The translations under genes and the position numbers were made by a program. From contig CAVXVA010000001.1 in NCBI GenBank assembly GCA_963765075.1, forward strand, positions 549,448 to 613,447: a stretch of 64,000 nucleotides of DNA, given 5' to 3'. The DNA is from an uncultured Acidimicrobiia bacterium (GTDB lineage: Bacteria; Actinomycetota; Acidimicrobiia; IMCC26256; JAENVU01). Under the pieces are notes generated by a model. It ran no database searches. It worked only from the letters and a program-made list of their open reading frames with translations, and was not told the origin of the DNA. Below, in pieces: positions 1 to 9,909 of the stretch (position 1 is its first letter; every line of letters begins with the position of its first letter).

Positions 1-153
1 GCCGGTCACCGTCAAGGCTCGATCCCGGGCCAGGACCAGGGGCGCCCGGGCGGTTCCCACCGCGGCCAACCGGGCCCGGGCCTGAGCATCCCGGCGTGGG
101 AGATCCGCGTTCACCCCCGCGTGGACAGCCGCAGATGTTCCGACATCGGTCAC
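1..153 (-). CDS. possible 5' end of a CDS running off the window start (hypothetical)
   Basis: Open frame from GTG at 153 to the window edge (VTDVGTSAAVHAGVNADLPRRDAQARARLAAVGTARAPLVLARDRALTVTG). No Shine-Dalgarno and no recognisable motif. Confidence 0.2.
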   Translation of the reverse strand, partial: MTDVGTSAAVHAGVNADLPRRDAQARARLAAVGTARAPLVLARDRALTVTG

Positions 154-226
154 CCGTCGACTGTACCGAACATACGTTCGGTCCGCCACCCCGGTAGTGG
201 CCCGCCGGTATTACTCCCCGCACCAA

Positions 227-664
227 TCAGTCGGCGAGGTCCCGGGCGGAGGCGATGCGGGTGGGGCGCAAACGACACACCAGCTCGCCGGGGACACCAT
301 TGCGGTGTCCGTACTCCTCCGCGCGATCGGCGCCCATGTACCGGCCGCCGATCACCGTCGCCCAGTGCAGCAACTCGTCGGGATCGGCACTGAGTTCCAC
401 CGTGCCGGTCACGGTGACGAACGAGAACGGCGGGCGCTCGTCGTCGACGCAGAGCGCGGCGCGCGGATCTCGCCGCAACGTTCGGCCCTTCAGCGAATCC
501 TCATGCGTGTTGAACACGATGCTGGCGTCGTCGTCGACGACGAACCAGATCGGGGCAACGTGGGGGCTGCCGTCGAGGCGGGTCGTGGCGAGCTTGCCGG
601 TGTGCGGCGGATCCGACATGAGAAACGCCAGCACTTCGGCTTCGGACATCTGGTGGTAGGCCAT
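227..664 (-). CDS. pyridoxamine 5'-phosphate oxidase (PPOX) family / F420-dependent oxidoreductase-like protein
   Basis: 145-aa ORF with an ATG start. Pattern GKLATTRLDGSPHVAPIWFVVDDD...SLKGRTLRRDPRAALCVDDE is typical of the PPOX split-barrel family. Confidence 0.75.
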   Translation of the reverse strand: MAYHQMSEAEVLAFLMSDPPHTGKLATTRLDGSPHVAPIWFVVDDDASIVFNTHEDSLKGRTLRRDPRAALCVDDERPPFSFVTVTGTVELSADPDELLHWATVIGGRYMGADRAEEYGHRNGVPGELVCRLRPTRIASARDLAD

Positions 665-719
665 GCGGGCCTCAACCCAACCGGTGGCCGATTCCTTCCA
701 CCGGCAGTTGCCGTTCGGA

Positions 720-1091
720 TCAGCCCGAAGGGACGGTGAGATCGACCGGCGGCGGCGCCTCGAGCCCGCGGGCTTCGTAGGACCACCCCGCGTCGTCGCC
801 GTAGTACTCGAAGAGGTGCTCGATCAGGTACGTGGCCCGGGTTTCGAAGGTCGCCCAAAGATCGGCCGGGGCTTCGATCGTGACCGCGTTCGACGAGATC
901 GTGACGCTCAACGCGCCTTCCTCGATCAAGCGACCGGCGAGGACGTCGGGCGGGCGTTCGCCCTTGGACTTCGCCTCCTCGACCGTGGAGTACCGCTCGG
1001 TCTCCATCCCGGTCAGGGAGCGATTGAGGTCGAACAGACGCACCGCCGGCGATGCGCCCGGCCGTGACGTCACAGTGATCGGCTGGCCCAT
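720..1091 (-). CDS. hypothetical protein
   Basis: 123-aa ORF with balanced, protein-like composition and an ATG start. No family recognised with certainty. Confidence 0.55.
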   Translation of the reverse strand: MGQPITVTSRPGASPAVRLFDLNRSLTGMETERYSTVEEAKSKGERPPDVLAGRLIEEGALSVTISSNAVTIEAPADLWATFETRATYLIEHLFEYYGDDAGWSYEARGLEAPPPVDLTVPSG

Positions 1092-1138
1092 GGGCGCCGA
1101 GGATAGGTGACGCCAACCGACCGAGGAGGACCGAGCCC

Positions 1139-1804
1139 TCAGAACAGGCGGCCGGGAGCCGGCGCGAGGCCACCCCAGACGAGGTCGTCCATGAACACCC
1201 AGGAGCGACGGTGAATCGTCGTCGGCCCGTAGGCCCGCAGCGCGGCTTTGTGGACCGGCGCCGGGTACCCACGATTCGACTCGAAGCCGTAGGCCGGGAA
1301 GTGCTCGGCTTCGGCCTCCATCATCGTGTCCCGCTCGACCTTGGCGACACAGCTCGCGGCGGCAACCGCAAGGGACGTGGCATCACCCTTGATCACCGTC
1401 GTGACCCGAGACCCCATCCGCAGGTAGTCGTGATTGCCGTCGAGGATGACCCGATCGGGTTCGAAGCCCTGGGCCGCGAGCTGGCGCAGCGCTCGCTCCC
1501 CCGCCATTCGGAGCGCGGCGGTCATCCCCAGCACGTCGCACTCCTCGTGCGACGCGTGGCCGATGGCGAACGCTCGCGCCCAGGCCCGCACCCGCCGGGC
1601 CGCGACCGCCCGCTGTTCCGGCGTCAACATCTTCGAATCTCGGATCCCGCTGAGGTGCTCCGGCGCGGGGATCACCGCGGCCACGGTCACCGGGCCCGCC
1701 CATGCGCCGCGCCCGACTTCATCGATTCCGCACACCAACTGATCTCCGGCCTGCCAGCACCGGCGCTCCAACCGCAGGGTCGGGCGGGTGCGGGTCGAAG
1801 CCAT
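1139..1804 (-). CDS. rnhB: ribonuclease HII
   Basis: Contains GIDEVGRGAWAGPVTVAAV, DSKMLTPEQR and GYPAP..H motifs. ATG at 1804 is preferred over the upstream TTG at 1819. Confidence 0.9.
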   Translation of the reverse strand: MASTRTRPTLRLERRCWQAGDQLVCGIDEVGRGAWAGPVTVAAVIPAPEHLSGIRDSKMLTPEQRAVAARRVRAWARAFAIGHASHEECDVLGMTAALRMAGERALRQLAAQGFEPDRVILDGNHDYLRMGSRVTTVIKGDATSLAVAAASCVAKVERDTMMEAEAEHFPAYGFESNRGYPAPVHKAALRAYGPTTIHRRSWVFMDDLVWGGLAPAPGRLF

Positions 1805-1854
1805 GGCCGACCGTATCAAGGCAACCGTTCGGTCTGTCGGTTTACGATGCGCCC

Positions 1855-2058
1855 GTGGACGCCGGGACTCGGGTCGAAGTGCGATCGCGGTTCGATCAGA
1901 AATGGGCGCGGGGGTTCGAGATCGTCGAAGCCGTCGACACGCCCGATCCCGGGTATCGCGTCCGCCGTCGATCCGACGGCTCAGTGCTGCCGACGGTCTT
2001 CGTGCTCGACGACGTTCGCGAGGAGCGCCGCCGCACCAACAACATGTGGTGGGTGTAG
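1855..2058 (+). CDS. small hypothetical protein (about 67 aa)
   Basis: This is the C-terminal part of ORF 1702..2058 (..RVEVRSRFDQKWARGFEIVEAVDTPDPGYRVRRRSDGSVLPTVFVLDDVREE..) and looks protein-like. The 5' part overlaps rnhB, so the in-frame GTG at 1855 was chosen. The start is uncertain. Confidence 0.4.
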   Translation: MDAGTRVEVRSRFDQKWARGFEIVEAVDTPDPGYRVRRRSDGSVLPTVFVLDDVREERRRTNNMWWV

Positions 2059-2075
2059 CGCCCGACCCGAACCAG

Positions 2076-2366
2076 CTACTGGTCGCGCAGCGCTTCGATC
2101 AGCGTCTCGATCGGGATCGCCTGCATGGTCGTCGTCCGCATCGTGCCCCGTGCGGCCAACGCGATCGCGACCCGCGCCATCGCGGCCTCGTCGGGCGCTT
2201 CGATGATGTTCAAGAAATCCCACTGCCCCATCAACGCATACTGCGCGACCACTTTCAGACCCATGGACTCGACTTCGTCGGTCACTTCCCGCAGGCGGTC
2301 CGGCGTCTCACGCAGGGTCGCCCAACCACCGGGCCCCAACGTGCTCAACATCGCGTAGGTAGGCAC
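2076..2366 (-). CDS. GYD domain-containing protein
   Basis: 96 aa. MPTYAMLSTLGP...VVAQYALMGQWDFLNIIEAPDEAAMARVA matches the GYD family pattern. Confidence 0.75.
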   Translation of the reverse strand: MPTYAMLSTLGPGGWATLRETPDRLREVTDEVESMGLKVVAQYALMGQWDFLNIIEAPDEAAMARVAIALAARGTMRTTTMQAIPIETLIEALRDQ

Positions 2367-2375
2367 GGGCGGAGG

Positions 2376-3041
2376 TTACCCGGGTGGGTCGAGGCCGACC
2401 AACGAGGCGTGAACCTCGGCCAAGTTCTCGAACTCCGTGAACGGCATCCCGAACTGCGCGCACCACTGCGCCAGACCGTCCTTCGCGAAGACGACGTCGG
2501 CCAGCGCCGCGGCCTTGCGGTCACTCGTACCGTCTCCGACGAGCACCGTGACGAGACCCCGACGTTTCGCGTCCTTGATCGGCGCCTGCTTGCACGTCCC
2601 ACAGCTCGAACAGGCACAACACCGGTCCTCGTTCGGGAACTCCAGGGTGCCGGTGGTCCAATCGACCACGTTCGTGAGCACGGGGATCTCCAAGTCCCGC
2701 AGCCGATCGGCGATGTAGAAGCCGAACCCATCCGAGACGACCACCACCTCCGCCCCCGCCGCTCGGAGGTCCGTGATCAAGCGGCCGGCGTCGGGATCGA
2801 GCGGCACTTCGGCGGCGACCGCGCGCAGCTGCGCCTCGTCGTGAGGCAGCAGATCCCACTCGTCGAGCAGACACACGCGCGACCCGATCTCACCGGCGAG
2901 ATATTCGGCATCGACCTCACGCCAGCCGTCCCGGCCCAGGCGTTCCAAGAGGTGGACGCCGGTATCGGCCTCGCTGATCGTGCCGTCGTAGTCGAGGAAC
3001 ACCGCGGCCCGGGACAGATCGAGGTGCGCCATTCGGGGCAT
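2376..3041 (-). CDS. HAD-IB family phosphatase (MtnX-like)
   Basis: Only the last 221 codons of the 530-aa track ORF look coding. HAD motif I FLDYDGTIS, VVVSDGFGFY and GDGTSD are present, plus a CCACSSCGTCK Cys cluster. ATG at 3041. Confidence 0.7.
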   Translation of the reverse strand: MPRMAHLDLSRAAVFLDYDGTISEADTGVHLLERLGRDGWREVDAEYLAGEIGSRVCLLDEWDLLPHDEAQLRAVAAEVPLDPDAGRLITDLRAAGAEVVVVSDGFGFYIADRLRDLEIPVLTNVVDWTTGTLEFPNEDRCCACSSCGTCKQAPIKDAKRRGLVTVLVGDGTSDRKAAALADVVFAKDGLAQWCAQFGMPFTEFENLAEVHASLVGLDPPG

Positions 3042-3107
3042 CGTAGGTGAGGCGGTTCCCCGACCTGCCCAAATAGGGCACAATGGGCGGCCTACTGGGA
3101 GGTAGCC

Positions 3108-4562
3108 GTGACGATCGACCGCAGACAGTTCCTCAAGCGCGCCGGGATGACGGGCGGCGCGCTGGCCACCGTGTCGGCGTTGTCGGCGTGCAAGACGGTA
3201 TTCCCACTCGAATACCAGCCGGGCGCGGTCATGCTCGAGGGCGCGGCCGCCGATGCCGGCATCGACACCATCGTCATCGTGATGATGGAGAACCGCTCCT
3301 TCGATCACTGGCTCGGATGGCTCAGCAAGGACACCGCGTATCTCCAGGCCGGACGCAGTCGCTACGGCAAGCACTTCGACATCGACGCCGCGAACCAGCA
3401 GACCTACCCCGGCGCCAACGGACCCGAGTCCACCCAACACATGGTGGGATGGAACTACCTCTCGGACCCGTACCGCGGCTGTGACCAGTCCGACCCCAAT
3501 CACGGCTGGAACTCCGGCCGCGCCCAGCGCGATCTCGGTTTCATCGCGCCGACCGCCAACGACGACCTCCTCCCCCTCGGCTACTACGAAGGTGCGGATC
3601 TGCCGTTCACCCAGGAGTTCGTGCGCGCGTTCACGACCTTCGACAATTACCACTGCTCGATTCTCGGGCCCACGTACCCGAACCGCGAGTACCTCCACTC
3701 CGCACAGTCGGGCGGCAACAAGTCGAACTCGTTCCCGACCGGTCCCGACGGCTTCGAGTGGCCGACGATCTGGGACCGTCTGGGCGCGGCCAACGTTCCG
3801 GCCAAGTACTACTACTCCGACCTTCCGGTCTTGGCGTTGTGGGGTAGCCGCATGACGCCGCGCCTCAACCCGATCGCGAACTACTACGCCGACGCCGCCG
3901 CCGGCACCCTGCCCAATGTCGTGATGATCGATCCGATGTTCACGGGCGCCGGCCAGAACGACGACCACCCGCTGGCCGACGTGCGCGGCGGACAGGCGTT
4001 CCTGCGCGACGTGTTCAAGGCGTTCGTCGATTCACCACAATGGGAACGCGGCCTCTTCGTCGCGATGTACGACGAGTGGGGCGGGTTCTTCGATCACGTC
4101 CCGCCGGTGCACTTCCCCGACGACCGGGCGAACGCCAACGACGCCGACGACTTCTCCCAAGCCGGATTCCGCGTGCCGTGCGTGATGGCGTCACCGTTCG
4201 CACACCGGGGCCTCGTCGACCGGCGCGACTACGACCACACGTCGATCTTGCGGTTCCTCGAATGGCGTTTCCTCGGCGCACCGCCCGAAGGTCCGGGTGC
4301 CCCCGGCGACAGTTGGTACCTGACCCGGCGCGACCAGTACGCCTCCAACCTCGGCGCCAGCCTGTCGGCATCGATCATCGACACCGACGTCGGGTTCGAC
4401 CTCGACGGGATCTCGATCGCTCCGACCTCGCCGGCCTGCGGCGCGGGCGGAGTCGGCGGGTTGTCGACGATGGCCCGATCGGTGCTCGAAGCCGACGACC
4501 CCGCGTTCGACGAGGCCCGCTGGCTCACCTACCTCGACCGCACCCACATCAAGGTCGGATAG
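3108..4562 (+). CDS. Tat-exported phosphoesterase family protein (phospholipase C / acid phosphatase AcpA family), probable lipoprotein
   Basis: Twin-arginine signal MTIDRRQFLKRAG...ALSAC. IVIVMMENRSFDHWLGW and NDDHP motifs of the phosphoesterase family. GGGAGG Shine-Dalgarno 5 nt before GTG 3108. Confidence 0.85.
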   Translation: MTIDRRQFLKRAGMTGGALATVSALSACKTVFPLEYQPGAVMLEGAAADAGIDTIVIVMMENRSFDHWLGWLSKDTAYLQAGRSRYGKHFDIDAANQQTYPGANGPESTQHMVGWNYLSDPYRGCDQSDPNHGWNSGRAQRDLGFIAPTANDDLLPLGYYEGADLPFTQEFVRAFTTFDNYHCSILGPTYPNREYLHSAQSGGNKSNSFPTGPDGFEWPTIWDRLGAANVPAKYYYSDLPVLALWGSRMTPRLNPIANYYADAAAGTLPNVVMIDPMFTGAGQNDDHPLADVRGGQAFLRDVFKAFVDSPQWERGLFVAMYDEWGGFFDHVPPVHFPDDRANANDADDFSQAGFRVPCVMASPFAHRGLVDRRDYDHTSILRFLEWRFLGAPPEGPGAPGDSWYLTRRDQYASNLGASLSASIIDTDVGFDLDGISIAPTSPACGAGGVGGLSTMARSVLEADDPAFDEARWLTYLDRTHIKVG

Positions 4563-4579
4563 CCAAATCCCTCAAGCGA

Positions 4580-4611
4580 ACGACCGGCGGGCTTCATTGC
4601 CCGCCGGTCGT
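4580..4611. terminator. bidirectional stem-loop between convergent genes
   Basis: Perfect 13-bp stem ACGACCGGCGGGC / GCCCGCCGGTCGT with loop TTCATT, lying between the phosphoesterase stop (4562) and the amt stop (4637). Confidence 0.6.
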
Positions 4612-4636
4612 GTCGCGTTCAGTCGATACTGGGGGG

Positions 4637-6220
4637 TTACCGACCGATGGTTGGATCCGGTGACGGTCCGCCCGACATCACCATCTCGGTTCCATCTGCG
4701 CCGACGATGTCCAGTTCGTTGACCTGGAGGTTGTCGTAGGCGAGCACACCCATCTCGGGAATGTCGAGACCCTGGATCTCGTCTTCGGCCTTGGACCGGA
4801 TGCCACCCTTCATCAACTTGTTCTGGATCGTGAAGAAGGAGAAGGCGAGACCGAAGATCACGGTGCAGATCACCAGAGCACCGACCGCCTGCGCTCCGAG
4901 CTGACGGATGCCGATCTCGAAGTCGTAGAGCAACCCGGTGACCCCCTTGCCCGAGGTGGCCGCGACGCCCTTCGTGGTGAGGTTCCAGCCGGCGCCGTAA
5001 TTCCCGTTCGAAAAGATCCCGACGCACAGGACTCCGAAGAGCCCGCCGACGCCGTGGACCGCGATGGCCCCGACCGGGTCGTCGATACCACGACGCTCGA
5101 CGAAGAACACGACCTCGATGATGAGGATCGCCGCGAGCCCACCGATCACGGCCGCCGCCCACGGGTCCACGAAGGCACACGGTGCCGTGATGGCCACCAA
5201 GCCGGCGAGCATTCCGTTCACGAGCATGCCCGGGTCGGGCTTGCCCATGCGCTTCATGACGTAGAACATCGCCACCGTGGCGCCGAACGCCGCCGCGATT
5301 GCGGTGTTGGCCGCCACGACTGCGAACTGGACGTCGGTGGCCGAGAAGGTCGACGCGGCGTTGAAGCCGAACCAACCGAACAACAGGATGAAACACCCGA
5401 GCATCGCCATGGGGATGTTGTGTGCCCCCAGCGCGCGCGGCTTGCCGTCGGCGCCGAACCTGCCGATGCGGGGTCCGAGCACGATTGCGCCCGCCAACGC
5501 CGCGGCGCCACCCACCGCGTGCACCACGCCGGATCCGGCGAAGTCCACATACCCGAGCCCGAGCTCCATGCTGTTGCCGAGCTGGCTCAGCCAGCCGCCG
5601 CCCCAGGTCCAGGCGCCGAACAACGGGTAGTAGATCGATCCGCAGAACAAACCCCAACCCACGAACGCCTTCCAGTTCCAGCGTTCTGCCATCGAACCGG
5701 TGGGGATCGTGGCGACGGTGTCCATGAAGGCCACCATGTAGAGGAAGAACGCCGCCACCGGGGCGATGTTCTTGACGTCGTGCAGGTTCGTCAGCGCGAA
5801 GCCGCCGTGCCACAGGAACGTCCAACTCCCGCTCCCGACGAGCGGTCCACCGGTTGCCGAGTCAAGCCCGAAGTATCCGGGGTAGCTGAACCCGCCGAAC
5901 ATCAGGCCGTAGCCGACGAAGAAGAAGCCGACGAAGCCCAGCCCGAAAATCGCGAAGTTCGTCGAGACCACGTGCGCGGCGTGTTTCGCCCGACAGAAAC
6001 CGGTCTCCACCAAGGCGAATCCGGCTTGCATGAAGATCACGAGGAGGGCCCCGATCACCACCCACAGCATGTTCAGGCTGACCGCGACATCACTCGGTGC
6101 GGGCGACGGAGCGTCGTACACCGGCTTGACGTCGGCGCCGAACGCCGGTCCGGCGAACGCCATCACGATGGCTGTGACCATGATGACGGCATAGATCAAC
6201 CGCTTGAGCTTGGAGCTCAC
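4637..6220 (-). CDS. amt: ammonium transporter (Amt family) with an acidic C-terminal extension
   Basis: LWVVIGALLVIFMQAGFALVETG, AVHGVGG and multiple TM segments. GGGAGG Shine-Dalgarno 6 nt before GTG at 6220, giving an MSSKLKRL.. signal-like N-terminus. The track start at 6250 is less likely. Confidence 0.9.
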   Translation of the reverse strand: MSSKLKRLIYAVIMVTAIVMAFAGPAFGADVKPVYDAPSPAPSDVAVSLNMLWVVIGALLVIFMQAGFALVETGFCRAKHAAHVVSTNFAIFGLGFVGFFFVGYGLMFGGFSYPGYFGLDSATGGPLVGSGSWTFLWHGGFALTNLHDVKNIAPVAAFFLYMVAFMDTVATIPTGSMAERWNWKAFVGWGLFCGSIYYPLFGAWTWGGGWLSQLGNSMELGLGYVDFAGSGVVHAVGGAAALAGAIVLGPRIGRFGADGKPRALGAHNIPMAMLGCFILLFGWFGFNAASTFSATDVQFAVVAANTAIAAAFGATVAMFYVMKRMGKPDPGMLVNGMLAGLVAITAPCAFVDPWAAAVIGGLAAILIIEVVFFVERRGIDDPVGAIAVHGVGGLFGVLCVGIFSNGNYGAGWNLTTKGVAATSGKGVTGLLYDFEIGIRQLGAQAVGALVICTVIFGLAFSFFTIQNKLMKGGIRSKAEDEIQGLDIPEMGVLAYDNLQVNELDIVGADGTEMVMSGGPSPDPTIGR

Positions 6221-6411
6221 CTGATTCCTCCCAAAGTAAGGTGCGACCACGCGAGCTCCGTTGCTGCGCCACCGCGGATTCGAACGACGAGGTGACGCTA
6301 CGGACGCGGTGTTTCCGGTCCGGTCTCCCCCGTGTGAACCGAACGCGACCGGTATCTGACGACAACGTGACCATCGTCCGCGTTCGCGCCCGATCCGAAC
6401 TGGAGGACCCG

Positions 6412-7159
6412 ATGGCCCGCATCCTCATGCCGCTCCCCGACGATGGCTTCGACGTCACCGAGGTGGCGGTGCCGTGGCGACTCCTCACCGACGCCGGTCA
6501 TGAAGTGGTCATCGCGACCGAAGCGGGCGCGGTGCCGACCGCCGACCCGTTGCTGCTCACCGGCGTCGTCTTCGGCCAGCTCGGCGCGGCCGCAGAACCG
6601 ATCGCGTTCTACCGCGAGTTCGAACGCAGCCCCGAGCGGAAGGCGCCGCAGCGCGTGGTCGGATCTCGACGTCGCCGAGTTCGATGGGCTCCTGCTCCCC
6701 GGCGGGCACGCGCCGGCCATGCGCCAATACCTCGGGAGCACCAACCTCCAGACCCAGGTCGCGCGGTTCTGGGCGCTCGACCGGCCGGTCGCCGCAATCT
6801 GTCACGGCGTGCTGGTCCTCGCCCGCGCCACCGACGCCAACGGTGTGAGCGTGCTGGCCCAATCCCGAACCACCTGCCTGCCGAAGTACATGGAACGCAG
6901 CGCGTTCCTCGCGACCGCCTGGCGGCGCGGCCGCTACTACCGCACCTATCCCGCGTACGTGGAGGACGAGGTGCGGGCGGCGCTGGCGGACCCGCAGGTT
7001 CAGTTCGAACGCGGCCCGCTCGAGCTCCGGCGGCGGGGCACCGCGACCGACGACACCCCGGCGTTCGTCGTCGAAGACGGGCGTTACGTCAGCGCTCGGT
7101 GGCCCGGCGATGCGTATCTCTTCGCCCGACGGTTCGCCGTACAGTTCTCGGATGGCTGA
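6412..7159 (+). pseudogene. DJ-1/PfpI-type (class I glutamine amidotransferase-like) protein; frame broken once near 6650
   Basis: The N-terminus MARILMPLPDDGFDVTEVAVPW.. is in frame 1. The remainder (..AWSDLDVAEFDGLLLPGGHAPAMRQYL..AAICHG..) is in frame 2. GGAGGA Shine-Dalgarno before ATG 6412. Confidence 0.75.
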
Positions 7160-9889
7160 ACCCACGACGGTCGCAATCGTTCCGCACACGCACTGGGACC
7201 GCGAGTGGTACTCGCCGTTCCAGACGTTCCGCATCCGGCTCGTCAAGCTCCTCGACGAGCTGCTGCCACTGCTCGAACACGATCTCGCGTACCGCGCGGT
7301 TCCTGCTCGACGGCCAGACCGCCGTCCTCGACGACTACCTCGAGATCCGGCCCGAGGCGGCGGAAGCGCTGACCCGGCTCGCCGCGAGCAACCGCTTGTC
7401 GATCGGTCCGTGGATGATCCTGATGGACGAGTTCATGGTGTCCGGCGAGACGATCGTTCGCGACCTCCAGATGGGGATCCACCGCGCCACCGAGTTCGGC
7501 GGCCCCATGGAGGTGGGTTATCTCCCCGACATGTTCGGTCATGTCGCGCAGATGCCCCAGATCCTGCGCGCCGCCGGTCTCGACCACGCGGTGGTGTGGC
7601 GGGGCGTTCCTTCGGCCGTGACCCAGGGCGCGTTCTGGTGGGAGGCCCCCGATGGCAGCCGGGTGCGCGCCGAGTATCTCTACGGCTCGTACTCCAACGG
7701 TCGGGATCTTCCCGACGACGCCAAGCAACTCATCGGGCGGGCCCGCAGCTACGAGCACGAGATCGGCGACGCCCGCATCCCCGGCAGCGGCCTGCTGCTC
7801 ATGAACGGCACCGATCACCAGATGCCCCAGCCGTGGCTCGGGCGCGTCGTCGGCGAAGCGAACGCGGTCCAGGACGACTACCGATTCGTGGTGACGTCAC
7901 TTCCCGAGTATCTCGCCGACCAACCGGTCGACGGGCTCAACACGTGGCAGGGCGAACTCCGATCCGGCGCCCGCGCCAACGTCTTGATGGGCGTGGCATC
8001 GAATCGCGTCGACGTCCATCAGGTGTGCGCGGCGGCCGAGCGGGCGATCGAACGACGCGCCGAGCCCGTGTCGGCACTGTTCCTCGCGCCCGACCGTTAC
8101 CCCGACCGCCTCCTCGACGCGGCCTGGAAACTGCTCGTCCTCAACAGCGCCCACGATTCCTCGTGCGCGTGCAGCGCCGACGAAGTCGTGGACGCGGTCA
8201 CGGTTCGCTACGAGGAGGCGCGCCAGATCGGGGACGGCCTCACCCGCGACGCACTCGGCACGCTCGGATCCGAGATCGACGTGCCGGCGGGCACGACCGT
8301 CGTCGTCAACCCCACGGCCGACGACCGAGGGGGCCTCGTCCGCTTCCCCGTGCCGGGCGAAGGTCCGGTCCACCTGGTCGCCCACGACGATGGGACTGCG
8401 GTCCCGGCCCAGGTCGTGGCCGCGCTCGGCGGTCTCGGGTTCTCGACCACCGTCACGCCGGATCAGACCTCGCAGCTGACCGACATGATGCGCGGCCCGG
8501 AACTCGCAGGAACTCGCGTCGGGAGCTACGACCTCGACCAGTCCGCCGACCCGATCACCCTGACCTGTGTCGGCGCCGGTCCGGGCGAAGCGGTCGTCGA
8601 CCTCGACGACCTCAAGGACGAACTGATCGCCCTCGGTGATGCGGGCCGCACGATCGCGGTGCGGGTCATGCGTGCCCCCACGCGCGACGTCATCGCGAGG
8701 GTGGCCTCCATCCCCGGTTTCGGATGGCGATCCTTCACCGCGGTCGACGGGCCCGGTCCCGACACCGCACTGCGCGCCGACGAGCACTCGCTGGCCAACG
8801 AGTTCCTCGAGGTCGACGTCGATCACCAGACCGGTACGTACACGATCACCACCGTCGACGGGACGGTCGCGTCCGGCCTGGGCCGGCTGGTCGAGGGCGG
8901 CGACGGCGGCGATACGTACAACTACTCACCGCCCACCAACGACGTCGTCATCGACCGCCCCGAGGCGGTGACCGTCACGCTGCACGAGCACGGCTCGGTC
9001 CGCGCCCAGCTCCGGGTCGTCACCTGGTACCGCTGGCCTCAGCACGCGGTCGGCAACGAGCGCGCCTGCAGCCGCCGCAGCGACGAGCAGATCCTCACGG
9101 AGGTGACCACCACCCTCGAACTCCGCGCCGGCGAACCGTTCCTCCGCGTGCGCACGGAGTTCGACCACCGGTGTCGTGATCATCGAATCCGAGTCCACTT
9201 CCCACTCCCACACCCGGTGACCCAGTCCCACGCCGAGTGCGCCTTTGCGGTCGTTGCTCGAGACCTCACCACCGAGGGTGGACCGCACGAAGCCCCGCTT
9301 CCCACCTTCGTATCCCGCCGCTTCGTCGACGCGTCCGATGGCAACCAGGGCGTTGCGCTGATCCACGATGGGCTGCTGGAGTACGAGATCGTCGAGCACG
9401 GCACCGAACTCGCACTCACCCTGTTGCGGGCCACCGGGTATCTCTCCCGATCCGAAATCGCCCTGCGCCCGAACCCGGCCGGCCCGCTCGATCCGCTCGA
9501 AGGACCCCAACTCCAAGGGCCGCACGCAGTCGAGTATTCGGTCATGCCCCATGCCGGGACCTGGCAGGACGCCGGCCTCTACGGCATCGCCGACGAAGTG
9601 CTCGTGCCGTTGGAGCGGGTCCGGGCCGGTGGCCACGGCGTCCGCGAACCGACCGGCCGCCCCCTCGCCGTCCGGGGGGCCATCACGTCGGCGGTGCGCC
9701 GAGAAGCCGGCATGATCTCGCTCCGGGTCTTCAACCCCACTGTCTCGTCGACCCTCGTCGAGATCGAGATCGACGGGCGCGCCCGCGCGCGGCTGGCTGG
9801 TCGACCTTCGGGGCCGCCCGCATTCACGCGTCGAGGGGAGCTTCGAACTCCGGGCCGGCGGGATCGCCACGGTGCGACTGGACTCCTGA
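7152..9889 (+). pseudogene. GH38 alpha-mannosidase; frame broken near 7295 and 9780
   Basis: MAEPTTVAIVPHTHWDREWY (frame 3), then FLLDGQTAVLDDYLE...LPDMFGH..NGTDH... (frame 1), then PARGWLVDLRGRP..FELRAGGIATVRLDS* (frame 2). The start overlaps the DJ-1-like stop by 8 nt. Confidence 0.85.
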
Positions 9890-9909
9890 GGACCGGGCCC
9901 GCCCGCGGG

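Noticed and set aside
165-183. Hairpin ACCGAAC-ATAC-GTTCGGT downstream of the PPOX gene, as a terminator.
   Set aside because: The stem is short (7 bp), there is no U tract, and it may lie inside the possible edge CDS. This is not enough for a call.
6221-6411. GlnR/AmtR operator upstream of amt. Candidates are TTCAC-acgggg-GAGAC and GTCAC-gttgtc-GTCAG on the amt strand.
   Set aside because: Each gives only 4/5 matches to the gTnAc-n6-GaAAc type consensus recalled from Streptomyces. The spacing between the two candidate sites is non-canonical. Such matches are expected by chance.
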